Part shown: in pieces, positions 1 through 11,288 of the stretch
Layout of the letters: each line of letters begins with the position of its first letter
Numbering within the stretch: position 1 is the stretch's first letter
Origin: Octopus sinensis
Lineage: Eukaryota
DNA length: 64,000 nt
NCBI RefSeq assembly: GCF_006345805.1
Contig: NC_043018.1
Coordinates: 19,344,001 to 19,408,000, forward strand
Direction: 5' to 3'
Made by a program: the position numbers and the translations under genes
Notes under the pieces: model-generated
Database searches by the model: none
Told to the model about the DNA's origin: nothing
The model's input: only the letters and a program-made list of their open reading frames with translations

Positions 1-123
1 GTTATGCCTAGTGTGCCATATATTTGGGGGGTGGGGATGTTGTACTAATGAATGTCTAAAAAAAAAAAAAAAAGTCTTTTTTTTTTTTTAAACCGAAAAT
101 TATGGTTGTTTTAAACCTTGAGG

Positions 124-1122
124 TTACATAGAGAGTATTTTGCGTAGGATATGAGCAGTTCCCATGAGCACTATCTTTTGAACTTCTGCCATTTTGAGGT
201 TTCCTGGTATCTGAGTTAGGTAGCTATCAGCCCCTTTTGCTATCATTCCCAGGGCACCTATGACAACAGGTATTGTTTTAGTCTTCAGCTTCCACATTTT
301 GCTGATTTCTATTTCAAGATCTTTATATTTGCACAGTTTTTTGGGTAGGTCCTGACAGATACGTTTTATTCGATTGGACAGTCATATCAATGAGAGGCAT
401 GGTTCTTTGTTTGAAGTCTTTCAATATGATGTCTGGCCTATTTGCATCTATCTTCCTGTCAGTTTGAATGGTGAAGTTCCAGAGGAGTGAGATGTGGTCA
501 TTTTCAAGCACTGGGGGTGGTTGTGTTCCCACCAGTTTTTTTCATGGGGCAAATCCGGTTTTTACAGATTACCCAGTGAATATATTGTGCAGCTCTATCG
601 TGCCTGTTGAGATACTCTGTAGGCGCTAGAAGACTGCACTTGGAGACCACATGGTCAATGGTTTCATTTTGTTGCTTGCATACACGACACGTTGGACTGC
701 TTCTGATCTTTAATATGTTGGCCTGGTAGTTTCTTGTTGGTAGGCATTGATCTTGAGCTGCTATGATAAACCCCTCTGTTTCGATTTTAAGCCAGAGGCC
801 ATTAGCCATTGATGGGTCAGGGCTTTGTCGATATCTGCATTATTCGCTCTCTTTGGGTATTTGCCATAGAGAGGTTTTTTCTTGCCATTTATTATTCAGA
901 ATATCTAAGCCACAGTTTTGGCACGGGTTTTCATGCGCCTAGCTTTTTCTGTGCTTGTTTCTTGTATGTCTATCTCTAATTCCGAAATTGGTTGTATTCG
1001 GAATTCACATAGATATTCCTTTGCCTGTTTTGTGACTGAGTATGATGCTTTCTTGTTTTCATGTTTTGAGACAAGTTTTAACATCCAGTCCTCAGAGTTT
1101 TTCAGGTAGGTGTCTAGGCCAA
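124..1122 (-). mobile_element. 5'-truncated, frameshifted R4/Dong-type non-LTR retrotransposon ORF (CCHC finger plus restriction-like endonuclease)
   Basis: Minus-strand translation across frameshifts gives ETEGFIIAAQDQCLPTRNY, CRVC..ETIDHVVSKC..YLNRHD (CCHC finger), WNFTIQTDRKIDANRPDII..LIDMTV (PD..D nuclease) and KYKDLEIEISKMWKLKTKTIPVVIGALG..ILRKILSM* (stop at 124-126). The 5' junction abuts (TAA)n at 1125-1162. Confidence 0.9.
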
Positions 1123-1132
1123 TTTATTATCA

Positions 1133-1164
<32 letters not shown>

Positions 1165-1790
1165 GTATATACTAGATCCCTTGCTGCTCTTCAGTCACTG
1201 GCTAAGACATACACACAATTATAATTATCAATATAAAAAATATGTTTTTGTGTTATTGTTTGGGAAGATTTGAGGACAAACTGTTTACAATTGCTTTAGG
1301 ACAAAACGGTAATTGAATAATGAAACTACAAAATGGTAATTCGAAATTTTATTTTATCAAATCTAAGTAGATTTAGATAACATAGTATGAATACAGAAAT
1401 GTTTATCATTTTTAAAAAAGATCTTTCTAGAATTGCTGTAGTTTATGTTTATGCTCCAGGCCAAAAAAAAAAGAAAGAAAAAAGAATAGGTGTCTCTTAA
1501 AACGTAGCAGCTCACCACACTAGATCTACTTAGTGGTACATCTTGATGAAATAATTAGTATAGCAGATAATGGTTGTTAAACTGAAGAATATTCTCTGTT
1601 TTGTCAATTCTAATAAATCTAACACTAACTGAAAATTGTTGTTAAAAGTTTTTCAAATATTAAGATGAAATGTTTTGAATGATTAAAGAATTTAAAAGTT
1701 TTAATTAAATGCTGCAAATAAATTGCAATTTGTTTTATTCCTAATTCCAGTCCACCGAAAGAATTTACAGTGTTGTTCCTAGTTTTACTA

Positions 1791-2417
1791 GTTAATTCTT
1801 TTGTTACCATATTTCTATAGAAATACACTGATTTTCTTTTAATTAATTTTGGAAATAATGAACAATTTAATAAAATAATTGTTATTATAAAGCTGAAGTT
1901 TAGAACACAGATTAACAAGAAATTCTGAAGTAAGATTTTAAATTAGATCACTTTAATCCCTTTGTTACCATATTTCTATAGAAATACATTGATTTTGTTT
2001 TAATTAATTTTGGAAATAACGAAGAATTTAATAAAAATAGTTCTATTATTATAAAGCTGAAGTTTGGAACATAAATTAGCAGTAAATTTTGTAGGAAGGT
2101 TCTAAATTAGATCACTCTGACCTTTTTGTTACCATATTTCAGAAGAAATACTTTGATTTTTTTTAAATTAATTTTGGAGATAATAAAGAATTTAATAAAA
2201 TATAATCCTGCTATTATTAAGCTGAAGTCTGGAACATAAATTAGCATTAAATTTTGAAGGAAGATTCTAAATTAGATCACTTTAACTGTTTTTAATAGAA
2301 ATTTTGATGGAAATTTTGATAGAAAGTTTTAATTTAGATGAATTTTAAACGGGAAGTTTATTGCATAGATCCAGGTATAGGGTGGGGTATCAGACTAGTT
2401 GGTATGAAAAGGGTTAA
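1791..2417. mobile_element. piggyBac-type (TTAA) MITE whose 5' half is tandemly triplicated (~161-164-bp units)
   Basis: Units start TTAA-(T/C)CCTTTGTTACC-like near 1791, 1952 and 2118. The element ends GGTATGAAAAGGG-TTAA (2401-2417), the approximate inverse of that start. Confidence 0.55.
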
Positions 2418-2452
2418 ACTGTACCCAATATAATAGTTGTACCAATGATTCT

Positions 2453-2870
2453 GAAGGCGGCAAGCTAGCATGGTCGTTAGCACGGTGGGCGAAATGCTTA
2501 GAGGTATTTCGTCTGCTGCTACGTTCTGAGTTCAAATTTCGCCGAGGTTGAGTTTGCCATTCATCCTTTCGGGGTCGATTGAGTAACTACCAGTTACGCA
2601 CTGGGGTCGATGTAATTGACTTAATCCGTTTGTCAGTCCTTGTTTGTCCCCTCTGTGTTTAGCGCTTTGTGGGTAGTAAAGAAATAGGTATTTCGTCTGC
2701 CGCTATGTTCTGAGTTTAAATTCTGCTGAGATCGACTTTGCCTTTCATCCTTTCAGGGTCGATTAGATAAGTACCAGTTACGCACTGGGGTCGATATAAT
2801 CAACTTAATCCGTTTGTCTGTCCTTGCTTGTCCTCTCTGTGTTTAGCCCCTTGTGGGTACTAAAGAAATA
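2453..2870 (+). mobile_element. tRNA-derived SINE, family B (Deu/Nin-like core), with internal tandem duplication of the body
   Basis: Head with B-box GAGTTCAAATT and core GTCGACTTTGCCTTTCATCCTTTCGGGGTCGAT. Body repeated (~2503-2685 and ~2686-2870). 15-bp TSD TGTAC(C/T)AATGATTCT at 2438-2452 and 2871-2885. Confidence 0.85.
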
Positions 2871-3649
2871 TGTACTAATGATTCTCACTTAGCATACTGT
2901 GGCACACTGGTGCTCTGTGAGGGGGTGTCTTAGGGCTCAGCAGAACTTTCTAAAAACATGACTTAAAATTTTTAGAAAATTCATACCAACATTTCATTGT
3001 TTTGAAAAATGTGTTATAACTTTATCATAAAAAAATAGGATTAATAAAACAAGGTAAACAACATTTTTTATATTTTTTTTTTCTACCTTTCAAACTTTTA
3101 AATAGAATTTTTTCCTTTTTCAATTTTCAAGTGTAGAATAGCAGTCAAAACAATAATGATATCTGTTTAGCAGCTGATGATGGGAACACATATATTTTAT
3201 GCTTGATTGTGAATTTTTTAATGTCTTAATTTCGTTATTCTGAGTTGTTCTTCATTCAAGTAAAGTGGAAAGTTTTTGTGGATTCATGATTTGTGGAGAT
3301 TACGTACATTAACATTGGTTTTTTTTTTTAGAGAATCTTATCAAAACCTGGATAATGCTGGATATTGGTGTCTAGTTTTGGAGAGCTTCTGTGACATATA
3401 ATTGGTCTCTATACACAAGTACTGCATATGCACCCAACTATTTTATACACAACTATAGTATACACACCCAACAGTCTGTTCCTACTTCCAGTTTGTTAAT
3501 TAAACAGTGTCCATTATTCTATAAACACCCAGCTGTCTGTTGGGTGGTTGTTTAAGAACCCAGCATTTTATACACTATCCTTTCCTGTGACTCTGTCTTA
3601 TAGATAGCCTGTACCCAGTGTTTTTTAAACACCCAGCAGTCTGTTTCTG

Positions 3650-4041
3650 TCAGGTTTCAGTCATTTGGTTGCGGCCATGCTGGAGCACCGCCTTTAGTCG
3701 AGCAAATCGACCCCGGGACTTATTCTTTGTAAGCCCAGTACTTATTCTATCGGTCTCTTTTACCGAACCGCTAAGTGACGGGGATGTAAACACACCAGCA
3801 TCAGTTGTCAAGCAATGCTAGGGGGACAAACACAGACACACAAACATATACACACACACTTATATATATATACATATATACGACAGGCTTCTTTCAGTTT
3901 CCGTCTACCAAATCCACTCACAAGGCATTGGTCGGCCCGGGGCTATAGCAGAAGACACTTGCCCAAGATGCCACGCAGTGGGACTGAACCTGGAACCATG
4001 TGGTTGGTTAGCAAGCTACATACCACACAACCACTCCTGCG
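3650..4041 (-). mobile_element. tRNA-derived SINE, family A
   Basis: Reverse complement of head GCAGGAGTGGYTGTGTGGTA..GGTTCAGTCCCACTGCGTGGCA..TTGGGCAAGTGTCTTC, internal microsatellite, and tail GGTGCTCCAGCATGGCCGCA..TGACTGAAAC. Confidence 0.85.
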
Positions 4042-5085
4042 ATACACTACCAAGTCTAATAGCTAGACTGTACCTAGCGATGGATACATACCCAGCTGTC
4101 AGTTCCTACAGACCAGCTAAATAAGCATGGGACATAATGTAAGACATGTAGTGAGACACAAGAAATATTTTGAAGAGGACACAAAGTTAATTGGGTTATT
4201 TTTTTTTTGTGGTAGACGTGTTTGGCTCATGGAATGAAATACAAATATGTTACAAAAACTTTCTTTATCAACCCCAGAAGAAACAAGAATAAAATTGATT
4301 TGGTTCAAAGAGAACTTAGATTTAGAAGAATGGATGCAAATACTATATACCATTGTAATATTTTGTCATTTCATCATTCTGTCAACTCAGCACCATTCTA
4401 AAAGTTGGTTAATGTTGGCATCATGTAAAATATTCTCTTTTATTTACTTCAGAATAGCTTATTAACCTCACACATAACCCGCAAATAATATATTCCCTGT
4501 TTTAAATCTGGACAAAATAACCTTTCCATGAGAGGGTCAGCTAAGTTTTGTTATTAACACTTCCGAGACAAAGAATTTCAGCACCTTTGATCTCTGATTG
4601 GTGTGAGATGAAGATTCCTTGTTAGAAATATGTTGTTAAATTGTAAATCTGCTGCATTTTCCCCTCTTTTACTGACCATTCCTAATGCTAACAGACTTAT
4701 CCATAATTGCCTTAACTATCTTCACAATCGCAAGATTTATAGATAACAATAGCACTGAACTTTTGATTATTGGATTAATTTTGGTAATAATAATGGCAAC
4801 AACAGCAACAATAACAACTACGACCACAATAACAGTATCAGACAGAATGACGCAATTCTTCTTTGTTATATTTCGGTAATGGTTGAAGTAGAATGTGTAT
4901 TTAAAGTGATCAGGGATAATTAGCGAAACACCAGCCTGGCATTTTTCTCCTTCTCACTCATTAAGCTGATTAGTCAGAGTGGTATCTCAAACTTAGACTT
5001 TTCTGTTTTCTTTGAATTATTTAATTAACAATAACCAGCTTATTATTTAGCCCTGTGCTGGCTCTGATAGTGCACACGTGTGTGA

Positions 5086-5340
5086 GGTGGAGGCACATGG
5101 CTTGGTGGTTAACGTGTTGGACTCATGATCGTAAGATTGTGGTTTTGATTCTTGAACCGGGTGACACACTGTGTTCTTAAGCAGAACACTCCATTTCCCT
5201 TTGTTCTAGTCCACTCAGCTGGCAAAAGTGAGTAATCCTGTGAGGCACTGGCGTCCCATCCAGGTGGGGAATTTATATGCCACAGAAACTGGGGTTATTG
5301 GCCCTTATGAGTCGGCATAACTCGAGAAGGTAACTCTACC
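5086..5340 (+). mobile_element. tRNA-derived SINE, family C (diverged)
   Basis: Head GTGGAGGCACATGGCTTGGTGGTTA..GGTTTTGATTC is homologous to the copies at 24354-24740 and 57864-58189. Confidence 0.6.
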
Positions 5341-5754
5341 TTTCATTTTACTTTATACATGTGTGACAGCATGTATTACATGTACAATCTATTTGGCAGG
5401 CTTCAGAACAGTCTCCATCTACCCAGTTTCTCTCACAAGGCTTGAGCTGACTTTGAAGTTATGGTGAAGGATCCTTGCCCAAAATGTCACTCATGGGAAA
5501 TCTGTCACAACAAATTCTGCCTGACCCTTGCAAATCATGGAAAATTGGACATTCAAACGATTATGGAGATGGTCTTTATTCATGCTCGGATTTATTCTTT
5601 TGACCTTTGAATATAACCATTACTCTCATTCTTGATAGCCATTAGATCTAAGTGAATCTCCAAAATGCTTTCTAAAACTGGAAATTAACGAATCGACCTC
5701 GTGGCCACCAGATCTAAATAAACATCTTACGGGAAGTCTAGGATTTGAAAACAT

Positions 5755-6050
5755 AGGCACAGGTGTGGCTGTGTGGTAAGAGGTTTGCTTCCACACCACA
5801 TGGTTCCAGGTTCAGTCCCATCGCATGACACCTTGGGTAAATGTCATCTATAACAGCCCTCGACTTGTCTGTGTCTTTGTCCCTGTGTTTGTCACCCACC
5901 ACCACTTGGCAACAAGTGTTGGTTTGTTTATATCCTCAAGACTTAGCAGTCCATTAAAATAAGTAGCAAACTTCAGGGGTCAATTCGTTCGACTTTAATC
6001 CTTCAAGGTGTTGCCCTAGCATGGCCACAGTCTAATAACTGAAAAATATA
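5755..6050 (+). mobile_element. SINE family A (diverged)
   Basis: GGCACAGGTGTGGCTGTGTGGTAAG..GGTTCAGTCCCA head and CTAGCATGGCCACAG tail. Confidence 0.75.
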
Positions 6051-6414
6051 AAATCCGTTACCTAGTGAAACACCACTACCTGGGTGTTTAATTCGGTGCT
6101 TTTAACTGAGTAAACCCTACTGCAAACATCAAAGGTAGGTTTCTGACATGAGGGCGCTGACATCCCTTCCATTAGTCTCAGAGGTTTTGTAAGGGATCAA
6201 AGAACATTACTTTCTTCATGACAGAAACAAAAAGGAAAAATTGTCCAAGATCAGAAATCAAAAGAAAAGTTCCAAAGAAACAGGAATAGTAAGATTAGCT
6301 TTCCAAAGTTCACAGAATTATAGAAATTTTCATTTCTCAGATTTTCTTCCAAATCTTCAGGATATAAAGCAAACAGGAAGGGACGGCAGCTTTACACTTT
6401 CTTTCACACATACA

Positions 6415-6510
6415 TAATACATACATATGTTTATATGTGTGTGTGTACGGATGTATGTATATATCTATATATATATGTGTGTGTGTGTGTATATGTATAC
6501 ACACATACTA

Positions 6511-6557
<47 letters not shown>

Positions 6558-6795
6558 AACATATATATATATATATATATATAGGTGAGAAAGTTGGTGT
6601 GTGTATTATATATATATATTATATATATATATACATATATTTATTTATATATATTAATATATATATGTAAATTTATATGTATATATATATATATATATGT
6701 ATGTATGCACGTATGTATTATATATATATATATTTATACACACACATACATGCATATATATATATTCATATATGTATTTGTGTGTGTGTATGTGT
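6415..6795. repeat. Mixed (TA)n/(TG)n/(CATA)n microsatellite block
   Basis: Directly visible dinucleotide and tetranucleotide runs. Confidence 0.95.
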
Positions 6796-7091
6796 TCTTT
6801 AATAGATGAAGAAATCAAAACGTATCACTAATTCTTCGATAAGCTGCCAGGCATTTCTGTCAAGAACACAAATCCCATTACACATAACATCAAGATGAAT
6901 TTCGATTTTGAAATTTTTCAGAAAGAATTTGATTTCGACAAAAGTATCAATAATATTACAACCAGACAGATCAATAAAAGAAGCAGACAAATGATTCTTC
7001 AATAATTTCAATCATATTGACATTTTATCTTTTGCTGATAGCTAGCACTCTAAACAAAATCTTTACTTATAACTTAATTTGTACTTTAGTC

Positions 7092-8130
7092 ATGTTTAAA
7101 TTCTAGTCAGCAGACAATTATCACTGTAAACAAGATCTGTACTCCTTTTGTACTCTAGTCATGTCTAAATCCTCCCCAACAGATAGCTATCCCTGTGACC
7201 AAGATTTGTACTTATTTGGTACTCTAATCATGTTTAAATTCTCCCCAGCAAATAACTATCCCTGTGACCAAGATTTGTACTTATTTCGTACTCTAGTTAT
7301 GTCTAAATCCTTCCCAGCAGATAGGTATCACTGTAACCAAGATTTGTACTTATTTGGTACTCTAGTCATGTTTAAATTCTCCCCAGCAGATAGCTATCCC
7401 TGTGACCAAGATTTGTACTTATTTCGTACTCTAGTTATGTCTAAATCCTTCCCAGCAGATAGGTATCACTGTAACCAAGATCTGTACTTATTTGGTACTC
7501 TAATCATGTTTAAATTCTCCCCAGCAGATAGCTATCCCTGTGACCAAGATTTGTACTTATTTCGTACTCTAGTATGTCTAAATCCTTCCCAGCAGATAGG
7601 TATCACTGTAACCAAGATCTGTACTTATTTGGTACTCTAATCATGTTTAAATTCTCCCCAGCAGATAGCTATCCCTGTGACCAAGATTTGTACTTATTTC
7701 GTACTCTAGTTATGTCTAAATCCTTCCCAGCAGATAGGTATCACTGTAACCAAGATTTGTACTTATTTGGTACTCTAGTCATGTTTAAATTCTCCCCAGC
7801 AGATAGCTATCCCTGTGACCAAGATTTGTACTTATTTCGTACTCTAGTTATGTCTAAATCCTTCCCAGCAGATAGGTATCACTGTAACCAAGATCTGTAC
7901 TTATTTGGTACTCTAGTCATGTTTAAATTCTCCCCAGCAGATAGCTATCCCTGTGACCAAGATTTGTACTTATTTCGTACTCTAGTTATGTCTAAATCCT
8001 TCCCAGCAGATAGGTATCACTGTAACCAAGATCTGTACTTATTTGGTACTCTAGTCATGTTTAAATTCTCCCCAGCAGATAGCTATCCCTGTGACCAAGA
8101 TTTGTACTTATTTCGTACTCTAGTTATGTC
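7092..8130 (+). repeat. Minisatellite: ~15 x 69-bp monomers arranged as an alternating A/B 138-bp higher-order repeat
   Basis: A = ATGTCTAAATCCTTCCCAGCAGATAGGTATCACTGTAACCAAGATYTGTACTTATTTGGTACTCTAGTC; B = ATGTTTAAATTCTCCCCAGCAGATAGCTATCCCTGTGACCAAGATTTGTACTTATTTCGTACTCTAGTT. One 1-bp deletion near 7573. Confidence 0.95.
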
Positions 8131-8629
8131 TGTACTGTAGACTTAATTAAATCTTCAGTTCTCACCACCACACCACCACCACCACCATCATCATCATCTT
8201 CATCATCATCATAGTCAGCATTTTTATATGAATAGGGAATCTATTTACAATCACTTCATGATACCCAAAAAAAAAATAATTAAAAACAGACACACACATT
8301 GGGCTTCCTTCAGTTTCCATCTACCAAATCCATTCATTAGGTTTTAATTGGCTTACGACTATAGCAGAAGACATTTGTTGCCCAAGATTCCAGGCAATTA
8401 CAAACCCAACTCTGTTGTGGTGCTTTTGTTCCATCAACACGGAATTGGTGGAGTGTTTGGTTGTTGCACCACAAAGAATATTTTATTAGGTTTTGTTTTG
8501 TACAGAAGCAAATAAAATTTGCATAGATTTTGTATAGAATGAAAGGAAAATACATACACACACATTCACACACATACACACACATATATATATACATGCA
8601 TGCATGCATACATATCCATCCATCCATCC

Positions 8630-8722
<93 letters not shown>
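8630..8722. repeat. (TCTA)n microsatellite
   Basis: Perfect tetranucleotide run. Confidence 0.95.
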
Positions 8723-8723
<1 letters not shown>

Positions 8724-8739
8724 ATATATAGATATATAT

Positions 8740-9131
8740 AGGTGCAGGAGTGGCTGTGTGATAAGTAGCTTGCTTACCAACCACATGGTTCCGGGTTCAG
8801 TCCCACTGCGTAGCATCTTGGGCAAGTGTTTTCTACTATACCTTCAGGCTGACCAAAACCATGTGATTGGATTAGGTAGACAGAAACTGGAAGAAGCCCG
8901 TCGTAAATGTATATATATGTATATGTATGTGTGTCTGTATTTGTCCCCGCAATATCACTTGACAAACGATGCTGGTGTGTTTGCATCCCCATAACTTAGC
9001 GGTTTGGCAAAAGAGACTGATAGAATAAGTACTAGGCTTACAAAGAATAAGTCCTGGGGTCAATTTGCTCGACAAAAGGTGGTACTCCAGCATGGCCGCA
9101 ATCAAATGACTGAAACAAGTAAAAGGGAAAA
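8740..9131 (+). mobile_element. SINE family A, full length
   Basis: A-box-like TGGCTGTGTG, B-box GGTTCAGTCCC, internal microsatellite, tail ACTGAAACAAGTAAAAG. Confidence 0.85.
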
Positions 9132-9154
9132 AAAGGGTGTATATATATATATGT

Positions 9155-9590
9155 ATCATCATAGTTTAACGTCCGCCTTCCATGCTAGCATGGGTTGGAT
9201 GATATGACTGAGGACTGGTGAACCAGATGGTTGCACCAGGCTACAATCTGTTCTGGCAGAGTTTCTACAGCTTGATGCCCTTCGTAACGCTAACCACTCC
9301 GAGAGTGTAGTGGGTGCTTTTATGTGCCACCAGCACGAGAGCCAGCAAGGCGGTACTGGCAACGGCCATGCTCAGATGGTGTTTTTTAGGTGCCACCTGC
9401 ACAGGAGCCAGTCCAGCGGCAATGACATATATTTACATGTATGCATACATATCTATGTAAGGCAGCACTGGTAATGATCACGCTCAAATGGTGCTTTTTA
9501 CATGCCACCGGCATGGAAGCCAGTTAGCTGCTCTGGCAACGATCATGCTCAGATGGTGTTCTTAGCACTCCACTAGCACGGTTGCCAGTA
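9155..9590 (-). mobile_element. RTE-LINE 3'-end element with (GAT)n tail
   Basis: CATCATAGTTTAACGTCCGCC..CATGCTAGCATGGGTTGG..AACCACTCCGAGAGTGTAGTGGG is the reverse complement of the RTE 3' terminus at 44220-44388. Confidence 0.8.
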
Positions 9591-9594
9591 ATCC

Positions 9595-9596
<2 letters not shown>

Positions 9597-9632
<36 letters not shown>

Positions 9633-9824
9633 TCATACATGCGTACATGCCTGTTACATACATGCATGTATAAATACTTTCATTTATATATGGATATATA
9701 TATATATACATGCACTCAGCCTGTATGTATGTATAAGGTGTGTGTATGTGTGCGCATATATATCAACATAGAAATACACATGCATATATGTAAATACATA
9801 TACATATATACATACATACATACA

Positions 9825-9860
<36 letters not shown>

Positions 9861-9948
9861 CACACATATACTTACATACATACACACATAAATTCATGCA
9901 TACATATACATGCATACATAAATCCATACATATACATACACACATATA

Positions 9949-9979
<31 letters not shown>

Positions 9980-9988
9980 TTGTGTGTA

Positions 9989-10034
<46 letters not shown>

Positions 10035-10165
10035 ATAAATACACATACATACATGCATGCATATATATATATATAATATATATATATATATATTATATAT
10101 ATATATAAATACACATACATACATGCATGCATATATATATATATAATATATATATATATATATAC
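9597..10165. repeat. (TA)n/(CATA)n microsatellite block with a ~68-bp internal duplication
   Basis: Visible runs; AAATACACATACATACATGCATGC occurs twice (~10037 and ~10107). Confidence 0.9.
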
Positions 10166-10442
10166 ATTGGTACATGATAAAAACAAATTGAAACATTGAA
10201 ACATCAGCAAAACTCTAGAGTTTGAACAAAAAAATACTTATTTATGTTAAAATCAAATTATATATTGTATTGAGATTAAAAAAAAAAGAAAATATATAAG
10301 TGTAGTTTTGCTTTTATCCATAACCAATATTTCTGTTTATTAAAAACCAATAACATTTATGTTTATGTTTATTAATAATCAATAGTTAGTAATCAATGCA
10401 GATACAATGATTGTCTTTTTATACTAAAAAAAAATTATTGTA

Positions 10443-10655
10443 AGGTGGTGATCTGTCAGAACTGTTAACACGGAGGGCAAAATGGCCTGTGGTATTTTGT
10501 CTGTCTTTACATTCTGTGTTCAAATTCCACCTTAGGTTGACTTTGTCTTTTATCCTCCAGGGGTCGTTAAAATAAGTACCAGGTGAGTACTGGGGTTGAT
10601 GTAATTGATGTACCCCATCCCCTGATATTTCAGGCCTTGTGCCAACATTTGAAAC
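10443..10655 (+). mobile_element. SINE family B (diverged)
   Basis: AAGGTGGTGATCTGTCAGAA..GTTCAAATTCC..GTTGACTTTG..AAGTACCAG. Confidence 0.7.
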
Positions 10656-11288
10656 GAATATTATTTCAAAAATGTAGCTTTTAGTACATATTTTGGTAAT
10701 TCTGTTCAGCAAACTACTTGAGAAAGTCAGACGCCAATATTTCTTATTTCTTTGTGAACTGTGGCAAATAATGGTTACGTGTGCTTTGAAACTTCTTAAA
10801 TTCCTTTTTGACATAAAGAATGCCTGCCATGAGTTGCCCACAGATCCAGATCTGGAGATTGTCTCATTAAAACCAAAACGCATATTTCAATAGACAGGAT
10901 GGTCAGAGCTGCTGTTTCTAGCAGGTAGAGTGGTGATGTGTGCAAGATTCCTTCTTGTGCTATTGTTGTTGTTGTTGTTTTTCTTTATTTTCTTATTTAT
11001 GAACAATATAAGAAACGATACATTGGCAACAGACCAGGCAGTGTGTATACAGCTTATGGCTGAAAATTAACTATCTTTCATTGTGGTGGGACTTGTCAAT
11101 ACAGAGCAGTGAATTTGAGGAATTGTGAAGAGATCCTCAGCTGTATCTTTTCTGGTTCATTGCATTATGGTGAAAACAACTGCATAAAAAGCAAAAACAG
11201 AAAAAAAGAAGATATCAAGAAATAAAAAGGCAGAAGCAAGGAAAGAAAATTCTAGAGTAACATCAACTGAGACATAAAACGAAGAATA

